Notes under the pieces: model-generated
Told to the model about the DNA's origin: nothing
Seen by the model: the letters and a program-made list of their open reading frames with translations, nothing else
Databases searched by the model: none
Shown: positions 53,904 through 64,000 of the stretch, one piece after another
Position numbering within the stretch: position 1 is the stretch's first letter
How the letters are laid out: each line of letters begins with the position of its first letter
Assembly: GCA_963733035.1 (NCBI GenBank)
Contig: CAVTBU010000005.1
Location: forward strand, 32,001-96,000
Length of the DNA stretch: 64,000 bases
Reading direction: 5' to 3'
DNA from: Pirellulales bacterium
GTDB taxonomy: Bacteria > Planctomycetota > Planctomycetia > Pirellulales > PALSA-1355
Translations under genes and position numbers: made by a program

Positions 53904-56900
53904 TTAGCTGGATCGTTTGGGACCGGCATCCTCGTTCGCCTCAAGCGGAGTGAGCGTCACCGAATGAACGACTATCGGCACGTTGGAGCCAAAGCCGAGC
54001 TCTCCTGCTTCGAGTGGCCACTGCTCCGGGTCAGCCAGGCTCATGTCAGAGTAGTCGGAGGGGAAATCGACCGAGGCTTTGCCGGGTTCATAACCGGCGC
54101 AATTCGTGCCGTCGACGGAAAGACCAAAGTGACCCCGCGTTACGCGGACTACGATTTTGTGCGATCGCCCTTCGTCCAGAAGCACGTCCGCTGGGCTGAA
54201 GAAGACCAACGCAGGGCGGCGGGGGCCGGGGAATATTCCAATGTGTGTCTCGAGAGATTCTTTGTCTCCGTGCAAGTTGCAATGAAACGGCTTGTTGTCG
54301 TAACACAGGACGAAGCGAAATACTCCCTTCTTTCCCTTCGGTGTCATGTTCAACTCCAACTCATACTCCCCCTGGGGTTTATACGGGATGCGCAGTCTGG
54401 CCTCGTCGGGCGATTGCTCCAACTCGATGCCCTGCTTGTTGTGCTTCCAGTCTCCTCGAATTGAACTTTGCGGCAGCCGTATACGGTGCAAGAGATCGAT
54501 GCTCTTCACCGCGGGGCTGGCGGCAACGGCCGGCGGAGTTTTCCGCGGCTGTGCGGCAGGCGCTTCACTTGGCTTGTCGCGAGACACTGCCGCGGCAGCC
54601 GGCGTCGCGGGCGTGAGACGCTTGACCTCGATTTTGCGGAATTCGACTTTGGTTTCCGGATCATGTACTTCGAGGGCAATACGCCCCTTCGTGTAGAGGT
54701 TCTCGTTGTCGACGTAGTGCGCAGTCTGGTGACCGTTGACCTTTACGTAAATCTCGTTGCCCAGCACGATTTCTTCGATGGTGAACCATTTACCGTTTGG
54801 CACAAGCGGTTCGTTGACTTGGGCAACAACGCGGTCTGCGTAAATGCCCCCTGTCTGCGTGCCCGCGCCGCGACCCTTGGGAGAACATATCGCCGCTTCA
54901 TATCCGCCGGTGTACTTCGGTCGGCTCGTCGGCCGGGTGGGACCAAAGGGCGTGCGGACGTGAATGCCGCTGATGCCTTGTTCGTTAATACGGGCTTCCG
55001 CCCTGACGTGAACGTCGGTGAAGTCGTCCTGCTCGGTATAAAGGCAGCAAAGTTCACTCCCTTCGGCGATGAGGATGCCGTCTTCGACCTTCCACCTGCC
55101 CGGCTGCGACGGGTGTGTCTTCCAGCCGGTTAGATCCTTGCCGTTAAAGAGCGGAACGAAGCCGGTCTCGACCTCACCGGACAACTTGGGGAGGCCTTCC
55201 CAGAGGATTGTCTTGCCGTCCTCGGCCGTAATCTTGATGTCTTTGACGCGAGGCGCTTCCCCGCGCCGAAACCAACCAAACCGGAGGCAAATTGCGAGTC
55301 GATCTGATCAAACAACTTCACGTCATCGAGCCAGTACTCGCAGTTGGCGCCACGCACTCGGAGTTGAACACGGTACCAAGTGCCGTCTTCAAGTGAAGCC
55401 CACTGCGCATTCGAATTCGTTCTGTCTGGCCGGCCTTGAACCGTTGCGTGCGTGGCATGGAGCGTGTTGTATCGACTACCCAAGAAAAGTGTGCGGCGGT
55501 TTCGGGCGTCCTGCGCGTTAAACACAACCCAAATCGCCTTATCTCCTTTGAGTTTTTGCACCGACGCGCTGAAATCATAGTTTGACCATTTTGGGTCACC
55601 AAACAGGAGAAAAGGATGAGAATCGCCATCTGCAATGCCCATAAGTTCATCACCATCTTTCGTCCATTTTCCGGTCACTTCGACCACCTCAGGGAATCGC
55701 CCTTGAGTCCATTGCCCTGCCGGCTCCCTGCGATGTTGCTCAGCCGATCCAGGCGAATCGGCTTGCCTGCCCACCGGCGCGTTGCCGCGCAGCGGCTGCC
55801 CGGACTGTGGCGGCTCGGAGTGATCCGCAACGGAAGGAGTTTGTGTTTTGGATCCGTCAGCCGCTGGAGGAGCGCCTAGGGGTGGACGCGTAGGAAGTCC
55901 CGACGGAAGGCCGCTCCAAAGTTCTTTGCCGTCTGGGGATTTGACTTCAATTCTGCGGAAGCGAGCTGCGCTACCCCACGTTGCCAGGGCAATGCGGCCT
56001 GGCCCGCAATCATTGTCGGTATCTTCGAACAGCTTTTCGCCGTCAAGTGTACAACGACACCACGTGCCGCGGACTTCGATTACCACCTTGTACCATGTAT
56101 CGCGCTCTAGGAACTTCCCCGGATGCACTTGGGGCTGGTGTCGGCTCGCGCCGTGCTGTATGTGTACTAGCCTATGATCTCCTCGGCTCTGATCTCCAAG
56201 ACTCAGCGCCCGAAAGTCATTTTCATCGACGACGTTGACGCTTACGATTACTTGACCGTCGTCACCTCCACTCAGAGACTTCACTTCCAGGCTAAGGTTA
56301 TAGTCCTTCCAGGTTGTGTCACCGAACGCCATTGCGGCAGGCCAGCCGTCCGCCGATGCGGTCTGCAAAAGCTCGTCTCCATTGATGCTCCACATTCCAC
56401 CTAGGACCTGCGCCTTGCGGACCGGATCGTAACTCACCCGCAGCACTTGCCCGCCGACATCGATCTTCGCGTCGGATGTCCAGATCTCCTTGCCGTTGCG
56501 CCACGAACTTCAGGTGATGCTCGCCCTGGTGGACCGCGGAGATCGTCACTTCCTCGCCGTTGCGCGCCAGCGTGACCGAGGCGCCGTCGACGTGTACATT
56601 GACGTCATCGGGCAGGCCCACGATGACTATCGTGCCCTTGGGCGTTTTAACGGTGAAGACGCCCAGACTCCACGCCGCGAATGCCATCAGGAGCAACGCA
56701 ACGGCCGCGCCGCCCGACCAGAACCAAAGGCCATTCGGACGGGAAGTCGACCGCACTTCTGGCCGCGGTGAACCCGGGGTTGCCACCTTCGGCGACGCGC
56801 CTTCCAGAAATGCGAGTGGGTGATCCGCTACCTGCGGCGATGCGAATTCTCCCTTGGCGAATGGTAAGAGAGCCTCGGCGACTTCCCTGGGTGTTTGAGG

Positions 56901-58049
56901 ACGATGATCAGGATTCTTGGCCAACATCCGGTCCACCAGGTCGGACAACGCGCGCGGCACGTCGGGACATATCTCGCACAACGGCCGAGGCGCCTCGTTC
57001 TGATGCGCCAACAGCACCTTCATTTCCGTGTCGCCCTGAAAGGGCGGCGCTCCGTTTAGCAGGCAATACAAAGTGCAACCGAGGCTATAGATATCTGCCC
57101 GAATATCGGCCTTCGCCGCATCCAGCGCCTGCTCGGGCGCCAGGTAGTGCGGCGTGCCCATCAACGCGTTGTCACGCGTCAGCCCTGCTCCACCATGACG
57201 CTCACTGGCCAGCTTTGCCAGACCGAAGTCGAGAATCTTGACCTTGCCGTTGGGAGTGAGCATCAAGTTCTGCGGCTTGAGATCGCGATGGACCATGCCA
57301 CGTGCGTTGGCGTGATCGAGCCCAATCATGGCCTGCCGAATGAGGCGGCAGGCCTCGACCACGGTGAGCCGCCCGCGGTTGGCCAAAAATTTTTCCAAGC
57401 TTATGCCCGGTACATACTCCATCACGAGAACGCGAAGCGAGTCAAACTCGTCCGCGTCGTATGCGCGAGCGACATTCGGATGATCGAGCTTAGCCGCGGC
57501 TTTGACTTCCTGGTCGAACCGTTGCAACGCCTCGGGGTGGGAGACCAGCGCAGAATTGACGATCTTGATTGCTACCATGCGGTCCATCCGTTCGTGATAG
57601 GCCTGGTAAACCGAGCCCATCCCGCCGCGCCCCAGCAATCGTTCGATACGATATTTCGATTGCGAGCGCAGTGCATCGGGCACCTCGTCGTCGATGTTGT
57701 CTGTAGCCGACGATTGAACTGAGCGGCTCATCGAAGGAGTCTCTTGTCCGGCGTCGTTCGCAGCCGAGTCGGCAGATGTTGCGGCCTGCTGAACCCTGTT
57801 CGGCAAGCCCGAAGACGTCGCTGCATCGCGAACGCTAGGTGTCGATTGGTCGGCGATGTTAGTTGCATTCATGGCATTTCGCAACAAGGCAACAAGGTCG
57901 GCTCGCGGTGTGTCTGCAACAAACCCCGCACACGAATCGCAGTCATTGACGTGCCGTTGCAAGCGGGAATGACTTTCCGGCGCCAGTTTACCCAACGCCA
58001 ATGCCGCCAACTGCAAAGCAGAAGGGTGAGAGTGCTTGCGGGTTTCCAT
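53904..58049 (-). CDS. Ser/Thr kinase with TM and DUF1080 (LamG-like) domains, frameshifted
   Basis: N-terminal HxxxCxx[15 protein letters not shown] and [26 protein letters not shown]. Confidence 0.88.
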
Positions 58050-58157
58050 AGCCGAGTCCCTTGTGAGATCACATTAAGGGGAGCAGCAACATGCATACGA
58101 GCGCAGTCAATAACGGCAACAAAAATGCGGGACTCAGCACGATCCCAACCAGCAAGT

Positions 58158-59360
58158 CTAGCAGTGAATCAGTTGTCGCCCGAACGTGCGGTTGAAAACG
58201 CGGCCAACGAGGGCTCCACGTCTGTCCGACACTTGCGGATCCGCGCGAATATAGTCCGACAGGTGACAGGCGATCTCTTTCGGCGATTGCGGTCGCTGGT
58301 CTGGATCCTTCGCCAACATTCGCTCCACTAGGTCCGACACTTCGCCTAACACGTCGCGGCGCAGCGTTCGCACGGATCGTGGCGCCTCGGTCTCGTGGCG
58401 CACGAGCACTTCAATCGCGCTAGATCCACCAAACGGCGGTTCACCGGTTAGCAGGAAATAAAAGGTGCAGCCCAGACCGTAGATGTCGGAGCGAATGTCT
58501 GCCGACTTGGCCTCCCTCGCCTGCTCAGGCGACATGTAGTCGGGGGTGCCGAGTACCTGGTCGTCCTTCGTGAGGCGAAACCGAGTCCGCTCTTCGTCGA
58601 TCAACCGCCCGAGACCGAAATCCAAAATTCGCACGACTCCGTCAGGCCGTGAAATGATGACGTTCTGAGGTTTGATGTCGCGATGCACGATCGCCTGGTC
58701 TTTGGCATGCTGCAACCCCAGTGCGATCTGGCGGATATAGTGGCACGCCTCATCGGCGGGGAGCGGGCCCCTTATCGAGACAATTTGAGCCAGTGTTTTG
58801 CCGGGAACGTAATCCATCACCAGGATCGCCGTCTCGCCGAGCGTTTCGGCATCCCAGACCCGAGCAATATTTGGGTGATTCAACTTGCCGGCAATGGCTG
58901 CTTCGCGAAGAAATCGGCCGATTGCCGCGCTGTTAGCGCCAAGCTGTGGCCTGATCGTCTTGATGGCCAGCAAGCTACCGGTTAGGCGATGCCGGGCAAG
59001 GTAAACGGCTCCCATTCCGCCTTCCGCAAGTAGTCGCAGGAACTCATACCGCGAATGTTGCTGCAGTTCGCTGGGCAGCAAACGGAGGCTTGCATCGATT
59101 CGCCCGCCGTTCTTGGAGAATGCCGACGTGTGCCGCCAGTGCGTTTGGGAGTCTGCGGGTTCCCCTCCGTCCGCCTGGCGCAAGCGATCGACGAACTCGT
59201 CGCTGGGTGATCCGGCAACTATCGCCGAGCACCGCTCGCACAGGTTGACGTGCTGCTCGATTAGTGCAACACGCAGGCCGCTCAAGCGACCCACGGCGAA
59301 CGCGGTCAAATCAGCTTCGCACGGATGCAGTCCAACGGCCGGCGTTCTATGACGTGCCAT
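58158..59360 (-). CDS. Ser/Thr kinase with an N-terminal ZAS-like HxxxCxxC
   Basis: HVNLCERC, EGGMG, HRDIKPQN, DFG and GTPDYMSPEQ. Confidence 0.9.
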   Translation of the reverse strand: MARHRTPAVGLHPCEADLTAFAVGRLSGLRVALIEQHVNLCERCSAIVAGSPSDEFVDRLRQADGGEPADSQTHWRHTSAFSKNGGRIDASLRLLPSELQQHSRYEFLRLLAEGGMGAVYLARHRLTGSLLAIKTIRPQLGANSAAIGRFLREAAIAGKLNHPNIARVWDAETLGETAILVMDYVPGKTLAQIVSIRGPLPADEACHYIRQIALGLQHAKDQAIVHRDIKPQNVIISRPDGVVRILDFGLGRLIDEERTRFRLTKDDQVLGTPDYMSPEQAREAKSADIRSDIYGLGCTFYFLLTGEPPFGGSSAIEVLVRHETEAPRSVRTLRRDVLGEVSDLVERMLAKDPDQRPQSPKEIACHLSDYIRADPQVSDRRGALVGRVFNRTFGRQLIHC

Positions 59361-59550
59361 GGTCCACCGAGCGGGTGAAAGCAAAGTAGTCAGATTGGAA
59401 TGCTGTCGGCGAACTGTGAACCTTCCGCCGCTTAGATTGGCTACCATTGTAACGTCCCGCCCGGCTGGGGGGAAAGGCTGTCGCCCGGCTGTGCTCTTCG
59501 AACTAGAATATAGAAATGCGCGCGGACTGGAACCTTTCAGAAACTCGAGA

Positions 59551-60156
59551 TTAATCGCCAATCAGACCTGCAGCTTCGTCACGTAAGCGGGCCAATACGC
59601 GTGACTTAGCGATGTCGACGGCGTTTTTTGAGATGCCCAACGCTTCAGCCACCTCGGCAGTGGATTTTTCCTCGAAGACGCGCATGCGGAAGGCCCGCCA
59701 AGAGTTGAGCGAGAATTCGGGGGCCACGAGTTCCTGCAACCGTTGCAGCACATGGCTCGCATGTTCGCGATCCCACTGTCGGCTCAACTCGCTACGGGGA
59801 TCCTGCAAAGCTTCAGCAAGCGCAGAATGATCACCGAAACCCAGGTCTGCGTCCCGATATCGCCGGCGCCAGTAGTAGTTCACTTCGTTGACCGTTATTG
59901 TCCTGAGCCACGCACGAAACGATCCGTCACGCTCGCGTCGAAAGTCTGGAATGTTCTCGACAAGCTTGCGCAGCACGTTTTGGCAAATATCGGCAGCATC
60001 GTCCGCCATCGTAGCATCCAGGCGGATGAATCGTTCGACGAACGGCTGATAGAGTGCAACCAAGCGAGTCCAATCATCGTGGGTCGGCTGTCGACGCAGG
60101 CGGTCGAGCAGGCTCAGCGACGTAGGTTCCATGGGTGCGATCATAGGTTGCTGCAT
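59551..60156 (-). CDS. ECF sigma-70 factor
   Basis: TSLSLLDRL, GSFRAWLRTI and AEVAEALGIS..AKSRVLARLR. Confidence 0.9.
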   Translation of the reverse strand: MQQPMIAPMEPTSLSLLDRLRRQPTHDDWTRLVALYQPFVERFIRLDATMADDAADICQNVLRKLVENIPDFRRERDGSFRAWLRTITVNEVNYYWRRRYRDADLGFGDHSALAEALQDPRSELSRQWDREHASHVLQRLQELVAPEFSLNSWRAFRMRVFEEKSTAEVAEALGISKNAVDIAKSRVLARLRDEAAGLIGD

Positions 60157-60335
60157 ATGCGGTACTCAAGGGTCTTCGGATATCTGACGGATTGCTGTCG
60201 ACGACCCACTGCGCGAGTAAGGGGGCGACCCGTCAAAGGCTAACGTTTTCTTAAGTTTTCGGCGTGTGATAATCCTCCCTATGCGCCGGACGTTGCCAGA
60301 ACGTCGAATTGCAGTCGCAATTCATGATGTGCGTA

Positions 60336-60729
60336 AGCGTCGAGGAAGTCGCCGAGGTTGTGGCGCAGCACTATCCCTGACCTGCCAGCAGACATTTGCA
60401 TTTTGGTCGCCCAACATCTTCGGACGCCTCGGGCGGCATCGGATTTTGCCCAGGAAATGAAAATTGAATCTGAGATGCATGGCGGGAAGTCGTCCATGTC
60501 GTGGCGCAGCAGAATCCAGACTTGTCAGATGAGGTTTGCCGCTTGGTCGCCCAACAGGTTCGTACACCTCGGGAAGCGTTGGCGTTCGCCGCTGAGATGC
60601 GGATCGAAGTGCGAAATGGGAGGCGGGGAATGGCAAGTGGCGGCTGCTAGAGTGGCGAGGGATTGGGGAGTTGAGAGATCAACGCCTTGGTCGAACCGGC
60701 TGGGGTTGAAGGGGAATGGGCGGCATTGA
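60336..60729 (+). pseudogene. Two tandem 3' remnants of the RuvB-like gene at 44051-44932
   Basis: Both read EV..VVAQ..PD...C.LVAQ..RTPR.A..FA.EM; the second ends VARDWG...PWSNRL. Confidence 0.75.
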
Positions 60730-60781
60730 AGGCTTCTTCTCTATTTTGACTGGATACGACATTGTGTCGGATTTGGTGGGT

Positions 60782-61153
60782 TCAGCCTTCCAAATCTTGG
60801 CTCATCGCCGTTGGCATCGTGGTGGGCTGGCTTGGACTGAATGGACCGCCCAGATTGAACGGGTCGAGACCGGCGAATTTGAAAATCACAAGTGCTAACG
60901 CGAGCGCCGTCAGCGCCGAAGACCCGAAAAATAGCAGGCTGCCGACGAACGTCATTTCCCTCGGGCGGCATTTCGGTCGGCGGCGCGTCGAGGTTGTTGG
61001 TCTTCCGTGAGCGTTCGTCACCCGCGGGAACGGGGAGATGTCCAAATCGGGCGTTTGATTTCCGTCTCGGCAGGCTTGTTCAGCCGAATCACCTGACGGT
61101 TCGTCAACTGCCGCTTCCATCCATTCGAAGTCAAGGTTCGTTGTGGCAGCCAT
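60782..61153 (-). CDS. Hypothetical single-TM protein
   Basis: Hydrophobic FVGSLLFFG..LALVIF; start uncertain. Confidence 0.45.
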   Translation of the reverse strand: MAATTNLDFEWMEAAVDEPSGDSAEQACRDGNQTPDLDISPFPRVTNAHGRPTTSTRRRPKCRPREMTFVGSLLFFGSSALTALALALVIFKFAGLDPFNLGGPFSPSQPTTMPTAMSQDLEG

Positions 61154-61394
61154 CGTGTGCCTTCCAGGGATTGGGTCTTGGTGGGTTGAAGCTCCGACTC
61201 CTCTGCAACTCAATGCGAGAAAACGAGCCCAACTCCCTCACGAGGCTAGAGATTTTTGGAGGAAATGTTTGTTTGGGGTGATTTGATGGGGGCGTAAGTC
61301 TTGGTGGCGTGAAGGATTGACGCCGGTGGTCGGCGGGTGACTGGCCAAAGTGCTCGTCGCGGCAGACCAAGTCTCTAGCTTGTCAGCTGGTCGG

Positions 61395-64000
61395 CTACCT
61401 AACCTCGTCCTGTGGCATGAGGTCATTCACTTGCTTAGCTTTGTCGAGCTGCTCCGTGGCACTGTATATGCGGGAGAGAAGTTCCAACACATTTTTTGTT
61501 CGCGAATGCGTTTTGCCATAGCCGACTACCAGTTTTGGATAGGCCGACGTTAGAAATGCTTCGGCCTCGTCGTAGCGACTCATCTCGACCAGGCATGCCC
61601 CCCAAAGCCGTTCGGCGTTACCAACCTGAACGTGCGAATAGGGCAGTATTTGCTGGCGAGTTTCCAAAGCCTCTTTTAATAGCGGCTCGGCCTGAGGTAG
61701 ATCCCCCGTCCTCAAATAACTCTCGCCCATAACAACCATCAATGTAGTCACAGAGATGTGCTTATCGCCAAGCTGCTGTTTGGCTTCGTCCAACACCAAC
61801 CGGGCGGTCTTGAATAGTGACTTTATGACTGACTTGTTGCCATCCAATTGGATGACCGCATCGGCGAACTCCTTCCATGTTTCCGCCCAATCTGAATATG
61901 TGCGTCCAACTCGCTTCTCTGGAAGTAGCTTCAACACGATGTGAGAAGTCTCATTCAACCTGCCTTGTTTCTGCAGCGATGTCTCTAGCTTGAGAATGAC
62001 ACCATTTGGAAGAGAATAGTAGCGAGGAAGGTCGCGGCGTGCTTCCAGTATTTTCACAAACATCTCTTCGGCTTCGCCATCGCGGCCCATGTCAGCCAGG
62101 CATTTGCCGAGTCCGTAGCGAGCTTGCAACGTTATACTCGTGCCTGCGTAGCGATCGGTTGAGAGGAGGGTATGTGCTGCTTCAACGCACAATCGGTAGA
62201 GCGCCTCCGCTTCATCGTAGACGCCTTGAGCAGCCTTCGTTTCTGCCAAGTTGACTTTGATGCGTAGAAATCCCCCCGGATCAAGCGCGCCCTGATCTAG
62301 TTCTAGACCTTCCCTGTAGCAGACGCCGGCCGCCTCCAATTCTCCATGCCTCTGTAAAATGTCACCGTATGCCAGCACAGTGCGAACATATTGACGAGCA
62401 ACTTCCTTTTCTCTATCAGAGATTTCGGGAAGCTTTTTCTCCTCCGTTGCGATTACCTGTTCCAGAGAGTCACGAGCGTCCTGCAACGCCTGACGAAAGA
62501 CTAGTATCGCCTGGTCATTGTCTGATTCTGCTTCGTAGACGCTTGCAGATGCGTGCAGGAATCGATTCTTAAGTACGCCGCGCTCGCTCGGTTCAATATC
62601 GGCTGCAGCCTCGATCAGTTTGATACCTTCACGATACGCTTGCTGAGCTTCGTCCCAATTCGCTTTGCGCTGCAACAGAGTCCCTAATCGCAGGGCCGCA
62701 TCTGCCGCATCTTGCCAACAGTGATTCGCGCGCGCAGTTACCATGAAGTCGCGATATGCTTTCTCGGCCTCGTCCGATTTATCTCGCTGCAGGAGCACGG
62801 CAGCATATCGATTGACGATCGAGTGTAGGCGCGCAATCAATCTCGAAGACTCGTCGTGGCTGATGGGACTGGCATTCAGAGTGTCCGTGATCAAACCGAC
62901 TGCTTCTTCAAACAGTCGGTCTGATCGCCGCTCGTCGTCAATAGATTCTGCGAGTCCAGACAATTCCAGTGCTGAGCGGTCGAGATCAAGCTTCATTCGT
63001 CGTTCGATTGCGACAACTTCTCGAAGAAGCCGTTCTGCGGTGTCGAACTGCTTATTTGCGGCATACATTTGACCGCTTAACCGCAGAATTGTGATCGTAA
63101 ACGGATGGTCGGTTGGGGCGGCTTCACGTAGCAATTTCACCGCTTCGTCTAACGAGGCGACGGCTGTCTTGCTGTTGCCGAGTCTCGTTGCGATGACAGC
63201 ATTTTGGAATTTAGAAATCGTCAGTCCCATAATCCTGGTGGCAGGATCTTTTAGCAGAATCGGATTTGCCGTGAGGATGAGTTTAGTTGCCTCCTGCTCT
63301 GGCTCCGGGCTGTCCGGGTAGCAATTCAGCAGCGTGCCAGCTAGCCCTAGCATCGCCAACGCCGTTTGCGGATGCTTTGGACCATAATAATTGCGATGCC
63401 AGTCCACGGATTCTCGACAAAGAGCCACTGCTCGGGGAGAATCTTTCAAGGGTCCGTGGGGCGCGCCGATTCCTAGGATCGTGGCCAATGACAACCTTGA
63501 CTCGTCCACCAGTGGATCATCGTCGTCGAGTAGCTTTCGGCGAATTGTCAATGCCTCTTCAGCAAGTTCAGCGGCCTCCGTAAATCTATATTGGCTAAAT
63601 CGAAGCACCGCGAGACTCTGCAAGCTGGTCGCCATATCTAAATGTTCTCGCGGCAATTCCCTTCGGCGCAACTCATACGCTTCTTCCCATAGAGTCGCAG
63701 CTCGATCAAACGCTCCAAGCGCCCAGTAGACATCGCCGATGGTTGTCTTGAGCGAAGCCTGCACAAGGGGTTGATCTCTTAACTCATCAGTTACCCTCTG
63801 CGCTCCACGGTCCAAAATCTGCCGAGCTGCGATAGCTGTGCTGGAGGACGACTGGTCAATGCCAAACCGCGTTCCTGCTATCTTTAAAGGTGCTGACTCC
63901 TCGAACATATGAGCCAGAAATGCCGCCACTTGCCGCGACTTTTCCATTTCCAGTTTTGCGTGCTTGGCCTCCTCTGCCGCGCGGTCGCGTGCCTCAGCTG
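61395..64000 (-). CDS. TPR-repeat protein, probably the tail of a Ser/Thr kinase; partial
   Basis: ILDRGA..L.DQPLVQASL..TIG and many TPR_10/12-like helices; frame open to the window edge. Confidence 0.85.
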   Translation of the reverse strand, partial: AEARDRAAEEAKHAKLEMEKSRQVAAFLAHMFEESAPLKIAGTRFGIDQSSSSTAIAARQILDRGAQRVTDELRDQPLVQASLKTTIGDVYWALGAFDRAATLWEEAYELRRRELPREHLDMATSLQSLAVLRFSQYRFTEAAELAEEALTIRRKLLDDDDPLVDESRLSLATILGIGAPHGPLKDSPRAVALCRESVDWHRNYYGPKHPQTALAMLGLAGTLLNCYPDSPEPEQEATKLILTANPILLKDPATRIMGLTISKFQNAVIATRLGNSKTAVASLDEAVKLLREAAPTDHPFTITILRLSGQMYAANKQFDTAERLLREVVAIERRMKLDLDRSALELSGLAESIDDERRSDRLFEEAVGLITDTLNASPISHDESSRLIARLHSIVNRYAAVLLQRDKSDEAEKAYRDFMVTARANHCWQDAADAALRLGTLLQRKANWDEAQQAYREGIKLIEAAADIEPSERGVLKNRFLHASASVYEAESDNDQAILVFRQALQDARDSLEQVIATEEKKLPEISDREKEVARQYVRTVLAYGDILQRHGELEAAGVCYREGLELDQGALDPGGFLRIKVNLAETKAAQGVYDEAEALYRLCVEAAHTLLSTDRYAGTSITLQARYGLGKCLADMGRDGEAEEMFVKILEARRDLPRYYSLPNGVILKLETSLQKQGRLNETSHIVLKLLPEKRVGRTYSDWAETWKEFADAVIQLDGNKSVIKSLFKTARLVLDEAKQQLGDKHISVTTLMVVMGESYLRTGDLPQAEPLLKEALETRQQILPYSHVQVGNAERLWGACLVEMSRYDEAEAFLTSAYPKLVVGYGKTHSRTKNVLELLSRIYSATEQLDKAKQVNDLMPQDEVR

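Noticed and set aside
1..64000. CRISPR array, cas genes, reverse transcriptase/retron or phage structural genes
   Set aside because: No regularly spaced repeats or diagnostic motifs were found by eye.

Overview
Accessory, mobile-element-dense region, most likely from a Planctomycete (Pirellulales-like). The taxon is inferred from ECF sigma factor/Ser-Thr kinase pairs, FHA, WD40, TPR and DUF1080 proteins and a PEP-CTERM gene. From left to right: (1) an IS1111-type IS110 element; (2) an integrative-element backbone (Xer-like tyrosine recombinase, AlpA-like HTH, RuvB-like ATPase without RuvA, ArdC) followed by defence-type cargo (HEPN, Mrr, truncated HsdM, PvuRts1I/AbaSI-like nuclease); (3) an IS3 interrupted by an IS66 that carries a polymorphic-toxin tip and a likely immunity gene; (4) a triple-nested ISAs1>IS3>IS1111; (5) an ECF/kinase-WD40 pair; (6) two inverted IS3 copies around a 5-kb segment that has been inverted (swapped TSDs, two split genes); (7) two WYL regulators, RmuC and PD-(D/E)XK nucleases; (8) a second RuvB-like ATPase and an integrase remnant; (9) a large serine recombinase and an ECF/kinase/FHA signalling cluster. 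Bridge/seekRNA guide segments matching the actual target and donor junctions can be read by eye in both IS1111 elements. No complete tRNA, rRNA or CRISPR array was seen. Many genes carry single-base frameshifts, which may be assembly indels. All family calls come from motif recognition, not from database searches.
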